Positions 36,173 through 50,099 of a DNA stretch of 64,000 bases are shown here, piece after piece. The DNA comes from Selaginella moellendorffii (lineage: Eukaryota; Plantae; Lycopodiophyta). Both the position numbers and the translations under genes were made by a program. Positions within the stretch are counted from its first letter, which is position 1. Each line of letters opens with the position of its first letter. Location: contig NW_003314278.1 in assembly GCF_000143415.4 (NCBI RefSeq), positions 1,028,272-1,092,271 of the forward strand. The letters are read 5' to 3'. Under the pieces are notes generated by a model that was not told the origin of the DNA, made no database searches, and worked only from the letters and a program-made list of their open reading frames with translations.

Positions 36173-38659
36173 TATTGTGCTGAATGCAATTTAATAGGAA
36201 ATGCTCTATTTTGTAAATAGTATAGACAAAATAAGTGTTTGGTTTGTAAGGGAACTTAGATCATTGTCAAAGGGTAAGAGTTGTAAATTTAGCGTTTCTT
36301 TCTCTTGTAGGGAATCATTTTAGTTGTTTTGTGTTCCACTACTCTCAATTGAAGTAAAGACATTTTCTATGTACCGATGTTGCCAAAGAGGAGTAGTGTA
36401 TGAATTCATATATTCTAGATAACCATCAAAGTTGTATTTAGATTTTTAATCTCCTCTTCGTTAAGGTGTACTTAATATGCTTTTAGTTCACTCTCTTTCA
36501 AGTTTTTCTCTAGCTTGATTGAGCAATGATTTAAATTTTTCTGAAGGGAAGTTAATATCACAAATATCACAAGTAAATGCCTTGTAATTTCATTCTCAAT
36601 TTTGTAAATACTTCTTTTCAAACTACCTTTTGTTCATTTGATTGTGAGAGAAATATTATATATCTATTACTCTGTTTGGTATAGATAATGACAATTTTAT
36701 ACATAGAGATTATGCCATTTAAAGCTTTATAGGTATGATCAATTATTGGTTTATGCCTATATATTTTGAAACCTGTTGGTGTTGCTATTATGACAATTTT
36801 AGTTATTATGCCTCGTTTGTGAAGTGAGTGGTACGAGGCTTTGGTATGCAATATATCCCTTTTGTAAATTGGCCTATTAGTCACTCTTAGGAGTAAGTAT
36901 TTAGCTTTCCAATGAATTTTGAAATAGGATAGCTTTCCTTTAGAGGGCAAATGTCTAGAACATTTTTTATATAAAAGTTCCAAAAATTTCTTAAGTAACA
37001 AATATTATTTTTCAAAGTATATCTATCTTGCTCCAATGTAATCCACCTTAAAAGATTTTTACTCCACAAAATTTTATTGCCTACCAATTCAAATTTAGAA
37101 TTGATCTAACATCTATTAACCCAATTCACCAAGTGTATTTCTGCTTATGGGTATCCAAGCTTTATTATGAACCATTAAAGTTCCCACAATATTTTTTTAC
37201 TTAAAAATTACATAAAATATAGCAATTGTCTAGTAGGTAGAATTTTATAAATCCTTTGCAAGTTATAATATTCAGGATTTGCATCTAACTCAAATAGGCA
37301 AACTATCTCTCTATTTAGGAAGAATTCTAGTCCTATTTTCTTTTTGTATAGGTAACTCCACAAATATAAGTCTCATTTATTCTGTGTACCTATAAAGTAT
37401 TATCACAATTTATTTGAGAATAGTAAAGATACAAGGACTCAAACTTTTGTATACCTTGAGTAGAATATTGTTAAGTATTTTTCTCGGTAATTCGTCGAGC
37501 TATTTAAGCAATTTTGTTAAATCTATCATTCACTGGCCTAATTAGGCATATAAGATAGTTTAGTTTTTGCTTTCTTATACTTTTACAGTGGGGATCAACC
37601 AACTTTTGTCAGAGTCTATAAGAAAAATGTATCTTCTGATAGATATGATGGATTGCTAATAAATATTTTTATTTTGTCTACCCTAATTCCTTTATTCAAC
37701 TTCTATCATGAATATGGAGGGTTGTCAATCCTTAATTTCTCCACTTAAGTATGCAAGAGGATCTTCCCTTTCTACCCATGCTTAGTATAGTTAAGATTAA
37801 TTTAATGCAAAGGCTCTAGCGTGTGATAGTTAATTCTAGAGTAGCTTGTCTACTTTACAATGGGTCTTACCCTTTAGCTTATAGCCAACCTTGCCTTTAT
37901 AATTGTGGAATTAAAAAGAGTGGTTTATTGCTCTTGGTAAATTTTAGGTAAACTAGATCAACACTAAAGACTAATTTGAATAGGGCGTGGAGACCATTCT
38001 GTGAAATTGCTCTGAATCAACACAAAAGTCAACTTGTCTAGCACATGATAGCTTATTATAGATCAATTTTCTTATGGAATGACATTAAGTAGCTTTTCAA
38101 ACATATGATAACTAATTTGTGGAAGACTTTACTTATGATCTAGACAAAAATTGCTTTTCAAAGCAAATTGATTAGAAAAGGATCAAGTATGTGCTGTTTG
38201 CCTTGTTCGACTGATGATTGACGCATCGCGGGGAGATCCATTAATCTGCTTCTTTGGTTTGTACTTTGATTTGTACAACCTCAGGCACTCATCTTCTATT
38301 TAGAATAGAAACCACAAGAGGATATATATATTTCATGGATACACTTTTTAGGTATGAGAAACACAGCTTTGGGTTGGAAATCCTTGGCCTGATCAATAAC
38401 AGTCTCTTTGCATCACTCCTAACAGATTGGGCCTAGAGAACAACAAAAAAAAAATCAAAAGCTAGCCCTCTACACTTTGAGCTCGTGGAAAGTACCCTTG
38501 CATGGAGGTGGCAGCTGGTTAAACTTGAGAAGTTAGCTTGTCTTGAGGACCTCCTGTTGCTCTTGCTTCCTTGCCACAAAATCACACTTGCAAACACAAG
38601 ATTAGTCTAAATAAATATCAACAATTAGATTATAGAATATTCAAGAATACCTAGGTATA

Positions 38660-41600
38660 TCCTATGTTGGTTTGCTTAGAGACTCTATGTGACCATCACT
38701 GCCATTTTCTGTGCAGTGACGGTGATAAAATGCTGTACATGTAACCATCATCCACATCAGATTATTCTAGAATATTCCAAAATCAAGTTACCATTGAGTC
38801 AGTGCTGATTTGTCATTGATTAATGCTACATCATTAGAGTTCATGTGGGATGAATAAGGCAACAGTTATGGTTTCTATGGTTGTTGTGGCTACTACTACA
38901 ATTGATCAGTTGGTTGTTGCTTATAGAAGATCTAGAAGGTGTCTTAGAGAAGATCTTGAGGATGAGAGGCTTGAAGCTACTCTTTAACAACAATTAGTGC
39001 TAGTGTATCATCACATGTGTTTGGCAGTAGTTGGGAGTTGGTTGCAATTGAACTTCTTTCAGAAGGGAGATTTCTATATCAGACCAAGGTCTCTTCATTG
39101 GTTTCGTCATTAGGTGGATAAGGTTGAAATGCAAGATCCAACAAGGTGGAGAGAGTTCTTCAGAGTTTCTGAGGAGTAGTTCATGACAATCTATGAACTT
39201 GTTGCTTTGTCAATGCAAACAACACTGCCTTTAAATTTGAAAAACATTCTATCTAGATATGTTCTTATTGGTAAGCAAGTTGCCATTGTTTTATGGAGAT
39301 TAGCTTTAGGTGATTCTTTTGCTAGTTTGACAGAGCATTTCTGTGTTTCTAAAGCAATTGTCCGGAAGTATTGTTAGAAGTTCTCTGACTCAACATTCCA
39401 ACATCTAGGACAATTTCTTGTGTGGCCAGTAGATTTATCAGTAGTAAAAATAGGTTTTGAGAGTTTTGTGGCTTCTTGAATTGCTATGGTGCAATTGACT
39501 ACACACATTTTGAAGTTGAACTTCCTGGAAACACTTTTGCAAGTAATTATTACAACAAGGACAAGGATAACTCAATTGTCATGCAAGCAATCATTGATAG
39601 TGAAGCAAGGTTCTTGAATATTTGAGTTGGAGATCTTGGGAGTTGCAATGACATAACTATTTTGAGGAAGAGTTCATTCTATAGAAGAGCTCAATCAGGT
39701 GAGATTTTTAACGGACCAATAGTCTCAAGAGGCCAATACCAGTTTCGGGAGTATATCATTGGAGACTCAGGATACTACAAGCTTCCGTGGTTGGACCATT
39801 TCCAAGTGCAAATGGAACTAAATTGAGGGAAGCATTCAACTTTTACTTGTTGTCTTTGAAGATAGTATGTGAGAGAAGTTTCAGATTACTTAAATGTTGG
39901 AGGATGTTTAGGAAGTTGGTTATAGTTGAGACCATCACTCAGCTAACAGTTGCCATAAAAACAGCTTGCATTCTGTATAACTTCATTATTGGTATAGGTG
40001 ACATAGGGGAAATAGACATTGAGCTTGAGCCAGTGATTAATCAACCACAAGGCTGGCGACCAAAGCCTCATGTCACTGTTATGGAGCTTAGAAACATTCT
40101 CATTACTTATGTAGTAGACTTAAATAAATCCACTTGAAGCTCACTAATTTATTTATTTTAGCGTGCTCACAAACTCAAGTTTTGTTTTATTTTTCAAGGT
40201 TTTAATTTGGAGATTTCAGTACAGGGCTTGAACGCGGGCGCAGCAGGGAACCTGGCTGAGAGCAGAGAGAGGGGGGCTATGATGAGTTTAGACTCACAGC
40301 TGCTGCCAATGTTGGTCTGATTCTAACATTCAGGTTCGTTTCCGTTCTTCTCATAGGGAAGGTTTTAAAATGATTAAATGATTGTGTGTTGAGTCGTCTG
40401 GCGGCAAGAGGAAGAGGGAAGAAAATGATTTTGAATGGCACTGCAAAAGACGCTTGGAAATGCAGCTTGAGGCTTGTGATGCAAGGGAATGCAGCTTGAG
40501 GCCATTAAAGCTGTTCTATCACTAGAAGTTGGGATCCTACTTGGTTTCCCAACGAATTCTTCGAAATTCCCAATGAATTCGGTGGTAGGGTGGGTGGTAG
40601 AAGGCCTGGATGTTGTCTGGAAGATTGCAAGTACCAGGGTGGTCAAAGATAACACAAGCAATCTTTACTTCTAGTATGTATTTTCTTCTCTTCGTTCCTT
40701 GGGAAAAATTTCATCGTGAATCCCCACAGCATTGCCAAGCTTATAGGCGATACCCAAGCAGTGGTCACTGAGAGGGGATTCAATCAACCATACACAAATA
40801 TTGTCATTTCGTAGTGTGGCATTCTTGGTACTTACTCTTGCAAAGTTCTTTCTTTCCTTTCAATCTAACTCTGATCCATTTGTGTTTCTATTGCCAGACA
40901 ACTGATACAAACAGCTCTATGTGAACGCTCATGTTCTTCCAACAAGAATGCTCTATCTAAATTGATGGATTGATCCAAGGATATTGGTAGTGGCAATGCA
41001 AGGTGGGAATGCTTGGCCTAGAATTGTTGATCAGGTAAATCATCACATCTTCATTAGTTCATCATCTCTCTCGTCGCTTTAGAGATAGTAATCAATGACA
41101 CTATAAACTACAAAAGTGAAGTTCGTGAATAAGAAAATGACTTGACTTACCAAAGAATCAGCAATTGCAAACAAGGGTTGAGCTACTTGATCCACACTCT
41201 TCACTATCTGGCTATCCACAGCTAAAGTACACTCCATGAATTCTTCCTTTTTCAGATTATGACAAGAAATTTCCTTCTAGCTATTTTCCATTGTATCAAT
41301 GAGGTTCACATTGTTGTCACACAACACTCTTGCAAGTTGTTCTGCAAGTTGTGTGCAGGACTTCTTCCTCAGCCAGCTTGAACTATGCTTTTCAGGATTG
41401 TTATTGTTTCCTGTCATTGCCAAAAGTGATTATGAACAAAAACTACAAAACATACCTTTAAGCTCTGATTCTCCACATAGAGGTAATAATGATTATTGTT
41501 GTGAAGCTCTTGGTGTCGATAATGATGATTGTTGGGATGTAGGTGGTGAAGACATTAATTCCTAAGTCTACCTCTGTGAATTTACAGTTTAACAATCCTA

Positions 41601-42420
41601 AAGCTATTCATCCATCATTGCATAGAGTTGATTATTGAACTTTGGTGGTAAATCAGCTTCATGACGTTGCTCTATTGTCATGTTTCAGTATTGCTTTTGC
41701 CAATAGGAACATGATATTCATATGACTTGATTTTGTTGAACTCTTTATAGATATACTCCCAACAAGATTGGCATTGCCCAGGCAAATGGTTGACACCATG
41801 TGTCAAACAATAGCTGAAAACTTAGTGAATGACTGGAAGTCTAAAAAATCCAAAACTTACTCGGAAACTTGCTGCTAATGAACACTTGTAGTCTTGTGCC
41901 TCTTGAATACTACCTCGCTGCTGTAAGAAGAAATCATGCTTCTTTGCTTCATTCAAAGCTAACAATTCATTTAAAGACCAATGCCCCTGATTTCTAGTTG
42001 GTTTCAGAGGCTTTGGTGGAGTGGGAGCAGTAAAATTCCCTCTGCTGAATTGAAAACCATCATACAGAAACTCTTGCTAACGTTGAGTGGAGAACACAAT
42101 CTCCAAATCGTTCAATTGTTGCTCTCCCATTCTACTCAAGACCCTAAAACCATGAATTGACATGTCAGCAATAGTGGTGGGAGGAAATAACTACCACATC
42201 AGCATTTTAACTTGCTATTGTGATTTCATGATGGTCAACCAGTTGCGCTAGTTTTGAAAAACATTCAAATTGATTTCATTGTCACAATGCCACTGTAAAA
42301 AAAATGATAGTGATGGTGACATGTACTAAGGCAATGTTACTTCAAATTGCTGATATGGCCATCACAATTTGACTGTGATAATCACATGTGCAATGTCTAT
42401 TAAGCAAACCAAAAATATGA
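38660..42420 (+). mobile_element. degenerate PIF/Harbinger DNA transposon
   Basis: Transposase pseudogene at ~38850-40137 (LWRLALGDSF, GAIDYTH, IVMQAIIDSEARF, IGDSGY, TACILYN). Inverted ttggtttgctta (38667-38678) and taagcaaaccaa (42401-42412) are candidate TIR cores. Confidence 0.7.
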
Positions 42421-43799
42421 GTATTTCTTCAATGTAGGCACTAAAACTGAAGCTATAAAAGATAGGTATTGTGGAAAAATAAAGAATATAAAAATATGAT
42501 ATATGTGCCTTGTGAAAGAATCATTTGGAAACCATAATCTAATGTGACCATCATCTTCTATTTATGCAATCAGCTGTTTGGTGTTCTTTTGCAAATAGCC
42601 TGCAAAAAAAAAATCTATTAAAATAAATATTTGAATTGTAAAGAATACTTGGGGAATGCATAAAAAATATGATCTTATATAACACTTTTTCTCCATCTAG
42701 CATGTCATAGAGGACAAAGTAGCAATCTATTTAAATTATAACTCAATGTAGATTGAAATAACAACTAATTATCCTTGTCTCAAAAGGCTAGTGCAATATT
42801 CTAAATCTGAATACCAATCCTAGATTTGGAATGATGCTAGACTGAAAGATTAAAGGGAACTGAAGAGTTGAGTCTAGTATTCCTAAGAGTTTAAGAATGA
42901 TTAAGATTGTACACCAACATGATAGTTTTGAAAATTTTCTTATACTTATGCTCCATGATATTGGAAGAGAAGGGAATAGTTGGTCACAAAACATTTTACA
43001 AAGTGCTAGTTGCCATTGAAGAAGCAATATTCTCTTATACTTGCTTTATAATTAATTGTGACAACAACATTATATGTAAAACTCCACCCTGCAGAATAGA
43101 AAGAAAGTTTTCGAAGGGAATGGATGAGTAGGAAATGGCACTTGTAATCTTTCTTATTTCCGAATGGGAGCTAGAACATAGATTTGGATGCCTTGAGAGG
43201 CGCACTCTGCTTGCACCATGTCAAACTTCTCATCATCAAATTACTTAACTATCCTTCATTATGCATCCCTATATATCCCTATACTAATTCCTAAAGCTCT
43301 CCAAGGATTTGGTTCTTGACAGGTATGGCATTGACTTTGCGGAAGATTTGATAAATTTCCTTGTAAAATCGCCTTGCATACATGCTTTGCAAAGAGCAAT
43401 CCATTGCCTTTGTAAATATCAAGAATGGGCTGAGGCCCAGCGGAGAGAATAACATATGGAACTCAGAGAGGAGAACATATGAAGCATGTCGGGAGGCAAC
43501 GAGGGAGATAGGATACAAGGAAGGCAATGGGAACGAGGTATCAATGAGCCCATCTCCACCCGCGCCTCAAACGCAAGCATTTCACACCACTACTTCAGGA
43601 GCTCATGATAGACTCTCACCGGCATGGTCTTGAGAATCTGGATTGCCACGCCTAGCATGGCTTAACACTCCAGATAGATTTCTGAAGACTCTCCTATGCC
43701 CAATCTCTGTGCGTCCCGCTCTCCATCCATGGGGGATGGGGCGGCTCACGGAATGGCTGGATATCAACGATCAATGTTTGGGTCAACACATCAAAACAG

Positions 43800-45239
43800 T
43801 GAAGAATCAAGTCTGAACTGCTCTGAAGATGTTCTCCAGCATCACATAAGGCAATGCATCACTCACAAGGCTGGACTGGCACGTAAATTCCGCAGCATGC
43901 ATCCCTCGATTCATCTCCCCGTGGTTTTTGCACGCGTTAAGAAACGTTGCCCATGCAACTCAATCTGCTGGCAAAGGCATATTCTCCAGGACATCCTCGG
44001 CCTCTTTCAATCGCCCTAGTCGTCCGAGAGCATCAACAATGAAGGTGTAGTGGTCTTGTGAAGGATCCAATCCATTGTCAAAGCTCATTGTCGTGAAGTA
44101 GCTTACTGCTTTCTTGACGAGCCCCAGATGGCTACACGCCGTCAAAACGATGGCAAACGCTGCCTTGTCGGGGTTAAAGCCGTGAAGAAACATCGCCCAA
44201 AAGAGCTGGATCGCAGAATACGCATGCCGGGTCTGGGCATATGCTGCAAGAATCGTTGTTCCCGGAGACCAAGTTCCAAGTTGGCATCGAACGCTTTCTT
44301 AGCATGACGAATATTTGCATCTAGAGCATATACCACTAGAATTGTGTTCCATGAATAGGAATCCCAGCAGCAAACCAAAGAAAACGCCCGGAAACGACCT
44401 CTCTGGCCATAAACAGCGATTATCGCGTTCCATGAAACAAGATCTCTGTGTGGCATTTCTTCAAACAATTGTTTTCCTTGATCAGAATCACCGTTTTGCG
44501 CGTATGACTTGATCATAATCGTCCACGAAAGTACGCTGTGCTGAGGCATCCTATCAAACAAACTCTTGACTTGAATCAAATCCCCATTTTGGGCATAGCA
44601 GCAGTGCATCGCCCCCTAGAGGATCGCGTTTCGGTGGACAATCTCCTGGAAGACATCCTCCGCCTCCTCCACGAATCCATTCTCCGCAAACATGACGAGC
44701 ATCACCGCGCGAGTGATGCTGTTCTTCTCGGGCATGGGATCAAACGCGGCCTTCGCATCGCCCACTCGCCCGCGCTGCGCGAAACCCTGCACGAGGATCG
44801 TCCACGCTACCACGTTCGTCTCGGGCATCCGATCCAGCACTTCTCTCGCTCGCCCAATCTCTCCGCCGCGAGCAAATCCCCGCAGCAGCGTCGCCCACGT
44901 CTTGCAGTTCCTCTCGGGCATCGCATCAAACACCGCCTTGCTCGATCCAATCCGCCCGCAATCGCCCAGCGCCTTGACCATCGCAGTGGAGGAAACTACG
45001 TCCCACACCGCCATTCGATCGAACGCTGCCTTGGCCTTCCCCGGATGCCCACTCTCGGCATACGCGGTCGCGAGCGCCGTCCACGACGCGATGTTCTTGG
45101 CCGGCAATGCATCAAAGATCCTTCTTGATTCCTCCAAATGCCCACACCGCGCGTAGACAACCAGCGTTTCATCCCACCAAGACGATGCCTTGTGAGCTAC
45201 GCGCGCCATATGGGAGGTTATTCGAGGTATATTCATCAC
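43800..45239 (-). pseudogene. PLS-class PPR protein pseudogene (frameshifted)
   Basis: PPR motifs (FDAMPERNCKTW, FAIVLTACSHLGLV, IVDALGRLGRL) split across ORFs 44616.., 44142.. and 43960... Confidence 0.9.
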
Positions 45240-45431
45240 AAGGCCTTTGCTTTTATTTGTTACACTGTAAAGAGTTTCCTTTCTCTAGCAACTTTAAGGA
45301 GCTTCGTCGCTTCGCTCGTGGCTCCAAAGAATCACCCAGCCAAAAAAAAATTCCTCCTTCCACGACTACTACTTCGCTACACTGCTCTACCAAAATCCAC
45401 CCAGCAACACTACTTACTTGTGGAGTGTGAT

Positions 45432-47950
45432 TTACAATTCCACCTCTTGCAAGTCGTCTCCAAACACTCCGGAGGAACTGGCAGCTTCGAATCCCACTGT
45501 GCCGGACTGTTGATGGTGGTGCCGATGAATCGAACTTTCCTGGTGTTGGTTTTGCTGCTGCTGCTCGACCATCACTGGCGGAGTGACTTCCAGAGCTGGA
45601 GGTGGCAGCAACGAGATGGTCGACGGTGCTGCTGGATAGTGATTCGAATAGAACATTGCTGGCGAAGAGCCGCTCGAGAGATGATCAGGCGTTGGCCCCA
45701 GATCGTTTCTCATATCCTGTACAACCGGCTGAGCGAATGCCGCCGCTGCAAACGGTCCATTCCCGTTTGAGAATGCCGTGTCGGGGACAAAGGCCGGTGC
45801 CGAGGAAGGATCCACCGAATGGTTGCTGTTGATATCTGGAGCAGCGGCAGCAGCGGCCGCAGGCACGAAAAATCTCGCTGGAGCCAAAGGCTTTGCGCTT
45901 GCCTTTGGCACCACGCCAAACAGTGGAGGAGAGTCCGATGATGTCTTGGATGGTGTTACGCTACCTTTGTTGAATGTATCGACATATCTGCAAAAACCTC
46001 GTGAGATTGGAGTGCTGGGAATGCCCAAAACGGTACCTTGATCTAACGTTTTGACGTGCACGAGCTGCGTACTGGTTACTGCTCGGAGGCATTGGTGGGA
46101 TTCCACTCACAACCGGTTGCGGCCTTTCCGGAGTTGGCTGTGGTCTCTCCGGAGACATGGAAATAGGAGCGCCGTTCTCCTCCACGCGCGAGACGAGCTT
46201 GTTTGCCGTGGGAGGAGGAGCCAACGGAAGGTCTGGCGCTTGTGCCTCGGCTCCTTCTTCAACCCAGCGCTTCAGTGTCTCGTCGTATCTAAACTTGTTG
46301 CTGTCGCCAAGCTTTGCCTGCATCACGTACCAACCATCAATCAGCTAGCGCTCTTTCCAAAGCTTATACAAACCTCCTTCGAAGGTGTTTTTATGAAGCC
46401 CATCGCTCTTTGCACGAAAGAAGTAAAGACGCCTCTGTTTGGCGTTCCTTTCGCTGGACTAACGACCTGATGAAAGAATACAAGTCTTAATCGAAGGTAC
46501 ACAAGAGCAAGTCGAGTTACCTGTGCAGGCCTAAAGTCAGGCTCAGAAATGCTTCTCGCTGGCATGTTGGATCTTCTCGTAATATCATTTATGGGTTCCA
46601 TTGATGCCGACGAGGCAAGTGATACATTGCTTCTGCTAGAAGCTGTTGCGGGACGGTTATTAATACCAGCATTATCAGAAGCTTTCAGGGGCGAAGGGCC
46701 TATCATCTTATGTAGACCAATATTGCCAAAAAACCGTTGCACAATTGACGTTGAGCCTCCCTGGATAACAGGAAAGTGAGTATAAAAGCCGAGTGTCCAC
46801 TTAGAAACCTGAGAGTGGATATGAAGACGCTCTTCCAAGGCTACAGCCGCTTCTTTGCACACATCAGCTGCATGGCTCGCTGTTTTCAATGTTTTCAACA
46901 CCGCTAGGCAATACCTTCGAAGAGAAACCTTAAGGATACAGTTAAAAATCACTACCAACCTTAAAGCTTCGTTTATCTTTCCAGCTTCAGCAAGCATCAA
47001 TGCATAAATAAGCTTGTATGGCTGAAAAGGAAGTAAAATAAACTGGGAATTGCCGGTCACTCTTGCAAATTCGTACACTTCCATTCGCTGATGAAGAAAA
47101 GGTTAACAATTGTTATTGAGGACAAACACGGCTTACCTGGATAGCTTCTGGACTAGCGTACGTGCGTGGATACTTACAATGGTCGGCACCTATAAGACAA
47201 AGTCTGGCAGAAGGGGAGAAAGGCTCAAAACTAGCATTTGCAACAAGATAGCAAATATGGGCTCCACATATCTGCAAGTTAAAACTATGAGAAACATCAA
47301 CGTGTGACCATGTATATACCTCATCTCGATGTCTCCAGAGACAATCACCAAGATGCATAATCACTCTCTCGTCCCCATTAGTTCGGTTAGCTGCCATTAT
47401 AGCCAGGTTTTCCTGCCATTCTTCAAGCATTCCTTCTACTGCGTCCTGCAAGTCAACATGCACTCCTTAAAGCAAGAGAGTAGCTTGATAAAAGTATTTC
47501 ACCTGTGTTGCACCATCTACAGCGGACGCTGGAACCGGTTGAGGTTGAAGCGCTGTTACGTTCGACAAATTAGTGTTCCCTACGAACACTCCGGCATGTT
47601 GACCAGCATAAAGAAGAGTTAGAGTCCGGAGGGGAAACCCTGGTTGAAACTGACGTTGAGCCATCTCCGCTATAGTGTCGGTGTAGAACTATTAAAAACC
47701 ACAAGACCATCACTAACGGTCTATACATCAAAGCTACAAGACAAGGTACCTTCTCTCCCAGCTGCCGGGCCATAAGAAGAGCACATCCCCAAAGTTGCCC
47801 GTCTTGAGCAGCCTTCTGCTTTCCGGCAATCAGTAGCCTTTTCACCTCAAATGCAGTTGCCTGTCGCCAGAAAGTCTTCGTTTGTATCAACTCAAGAGAA
47901 AAAGACTGCCCAACCTGCATTTGCTGTTCGGTTGGAGTTGTCTGTAGACA
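45432..47950 (-). pseudogene. SEC16: 5'-truncated SEC16/MAIGO5-like COPII scaffold gene (multi-exon)
   Basis: Sec16_C-type segments GQLWGCALLMARQLG, EEWQENLAIMAANRT, AHICYLVA...LCLIGADH and FQPYKLIYALMLAEAGK, plus C-terminal AKLGDSNKFRYDETLKRWVEEG and LQEVEL*. Confidence 0.85.
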
Positions 47951-47951
47951 G

Positions 47952-48561
47952 CGAGAGCCAAGACATCGCGCTCCTCCTTTATGTTCTCAAACAAAGCCTC
48001 AGCTTCTTCCAAATGCCCTTTCCTGGCAAATTCTGTGACGAGGACAGTCTGCGCAACGATCGTCTTCACGGGCATCCGATCAAACAAATCCTTGACAGAA
48101 GCTATCTTTCCACTGCGGATGCAAACCGTGATCATCACATTCCAAGAGATCTCGTTCTTCTCTGGAGCCAATTCGAAAATCTCTCGCGATTTATCAAGAT
48201 GCCCGTTGTCGGCATATGCCGTGACGATCGAGTTCCACGTTGAGGCATCTCGCCGGAGCATCCCATCGAACGTTCTGCGCGCTCGATTTAGATCTTTCGC
48301 CTGTGCGTAGGCATGGATCATGATGTTGGAGGAGAAGAGCTTAGGATTCTCTATGGATTCCAAGATTGCACGGGCGTCATCGACGCTGCCGCATTTGCCA
48401 TACATCTGGACGAGCAGATTCGCGAGGTATTTGTTGCGGCGGTGCTCGCTCTGCGCAATGCGGGCGTGGATTTGCCTCCCCTGTGACAGATCCCGGCAGT
48501 TCTTGAGCAGTGCTCCCCAGGAGAGCAAGGAAATCACGAAATTGGGGAAGAGCAATGCCAT
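47952..48561 (-). pseudogene. 5' fragment of a PLS-class PPR gene
   Basis: LLKNCRDLSQGRQIHARI...NLLVQMYGKCGSVDDAR; truncated after a few repeats. Confidence 0.85.
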
Positions 48562-48794
48562 AAACTTTGCTGGATCTCACACACATTCGCGATTCGCGAG
48601 GTATTCCTTGCGAGAATCCGAGAATCCTGGACGGAGAAAGAACATTCCAATCTAGCTTAAGAAGAAGAAGATAATCCATCTTGCCTTGCAAGAACAAGGA
48701 CACCCTGGAAGAAGCAAAGATTTTACTCTCTGGTGACAATTCCTCTACTCCACTGGGCTTATAAGATTGGCTCTCTCCTCCATTCTCTATAGCA

Positions 48795-49760
48795 ATGAAT
48801 TTCCATCTCTCTTTCTTGCTCCTCGAGATACTAGTGTTCTTGAGAGCTGTCGCCCTAAATTCGCCCCCACCGCTCCGCCCAATTCCCTCATGGCGCCAGC
48901 TCCAGTTCAACTCGCGCCGCCTCTCGATGTTCTTCCACTTCGGCGTCAACACATTCACGGACTCGGAGCGTGGATCCGGCCACGAATCGCCCTCCATCTT
49001 CAACCCGGAGCGATCTAATGCGTCGCAGTGGATGGACGCGGCTCAATCCGCGGGCGCGCAGCTCGTGATCCTCACGGTCAATCACCACGACGGGTTCTGC
49101 CTGTGGCCCTCGGCCTACACCAATTTCTCCGTGGCTGGCAGCTCTTGGCGAGGAGGGAAGGGGGATGTGGTGGCCGAGTTCGTGGCCGCCGCCAGGGAGC
49201 GTGGATTGGACGTGGATGTGGCTTTTACCTCTCGCCATGGGATTTGCACGAGAGCTGCTATGGCGACACTCTTCTCTACAACGAGTTCTACTTGGCTCAG
49301 CTCCGAGAGCTTCTTACTGGGTGAGTGAGACATTATTTGCTTCTTCTTCACGCATTTTTCTTGGTGGCATGATCACTGTGTGATATGTTTGCATTTCCTC
49401 CAGCCCATCAAACGGTTTTAGCATTAGGAGCTCGCGAGCTTGTGGGCCTTTGTAGTTTTCATCTCTGGCAGCAGATGCCTTGATGCGGCATTTTGTTTTG
49501 GCGTGCAGATATGGGCCGATCTCCGAGGTGTGGCTGGATGGTGCGAAATCACCCACTGCAGTGAACATGAGCTACGATTTTGAGCTCTGGTTTGACACGA
49601 TTCATCCCTGGTGCCAACATCTTTTCCGACGCTGGCCCGACATCCGATGGGTTGGGAACGAGTATGGCGAGGCCGGACAACCATGCTGGGCGATGGCGAA
49701 CAGATCTTCCTTTACGATCGGCAGGAGCGATGGCCAGTACGTAAAATCCATCCTTCCATG
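48795..49760 (+). pseudogene. alpha-L-fucosidase (GH29) pseudogene, 5' part
   Basis: Signal peptide, MFFHFGVNTF, LTVNHHDGFCLWPS, frameshift to FYLSPWD, EVWLDGAK, DIRWVGNEYGEAG. Confidence 0.88.
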
Positions 49761-50099
49761 AAAGCACAGCGTGCCGGGAGCTCCAACTGCTTTGAGAACC
49801 AGAGATGGCGGTGAGTTTACATTTCTTAGGTTGCATGCATGCATGAGTGATTGAGAGCTCCCGGCAGGGTCATGAAGAAGAGGGAGATGACAGCGTCCCC
49901 GATCTGGAACAAGACCCGGATGCTCACATGGAGGAGCTCGACCACGAGGCTGTCTAGTTTGTGCATACCTCGGGTTTTGCTGCACCTGCTGCTGCGAAGA
50001 GAACCGGGAAAGAACTGGAACCATGCTGAGACCATGCTCCTGATTGATCTCGTTCGTTTAAATGCACATTGCGGATGACAAGAGCCCCGGTCTCCAAGT

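Noticed and set aside
36173-38400. Possible decayed retroelement pol/integrase in AT-rich sequence
   Set aside because: Only faint motif traces; family and boundaries cannot be supported by eye.
44538-45770. Plus-strand ORFs such as 44538..45128 and 45138..45770, and 57004..57639 on the minus strand
   Set aside because: Antisense shadows of PPR/SEC16 coding sequence.
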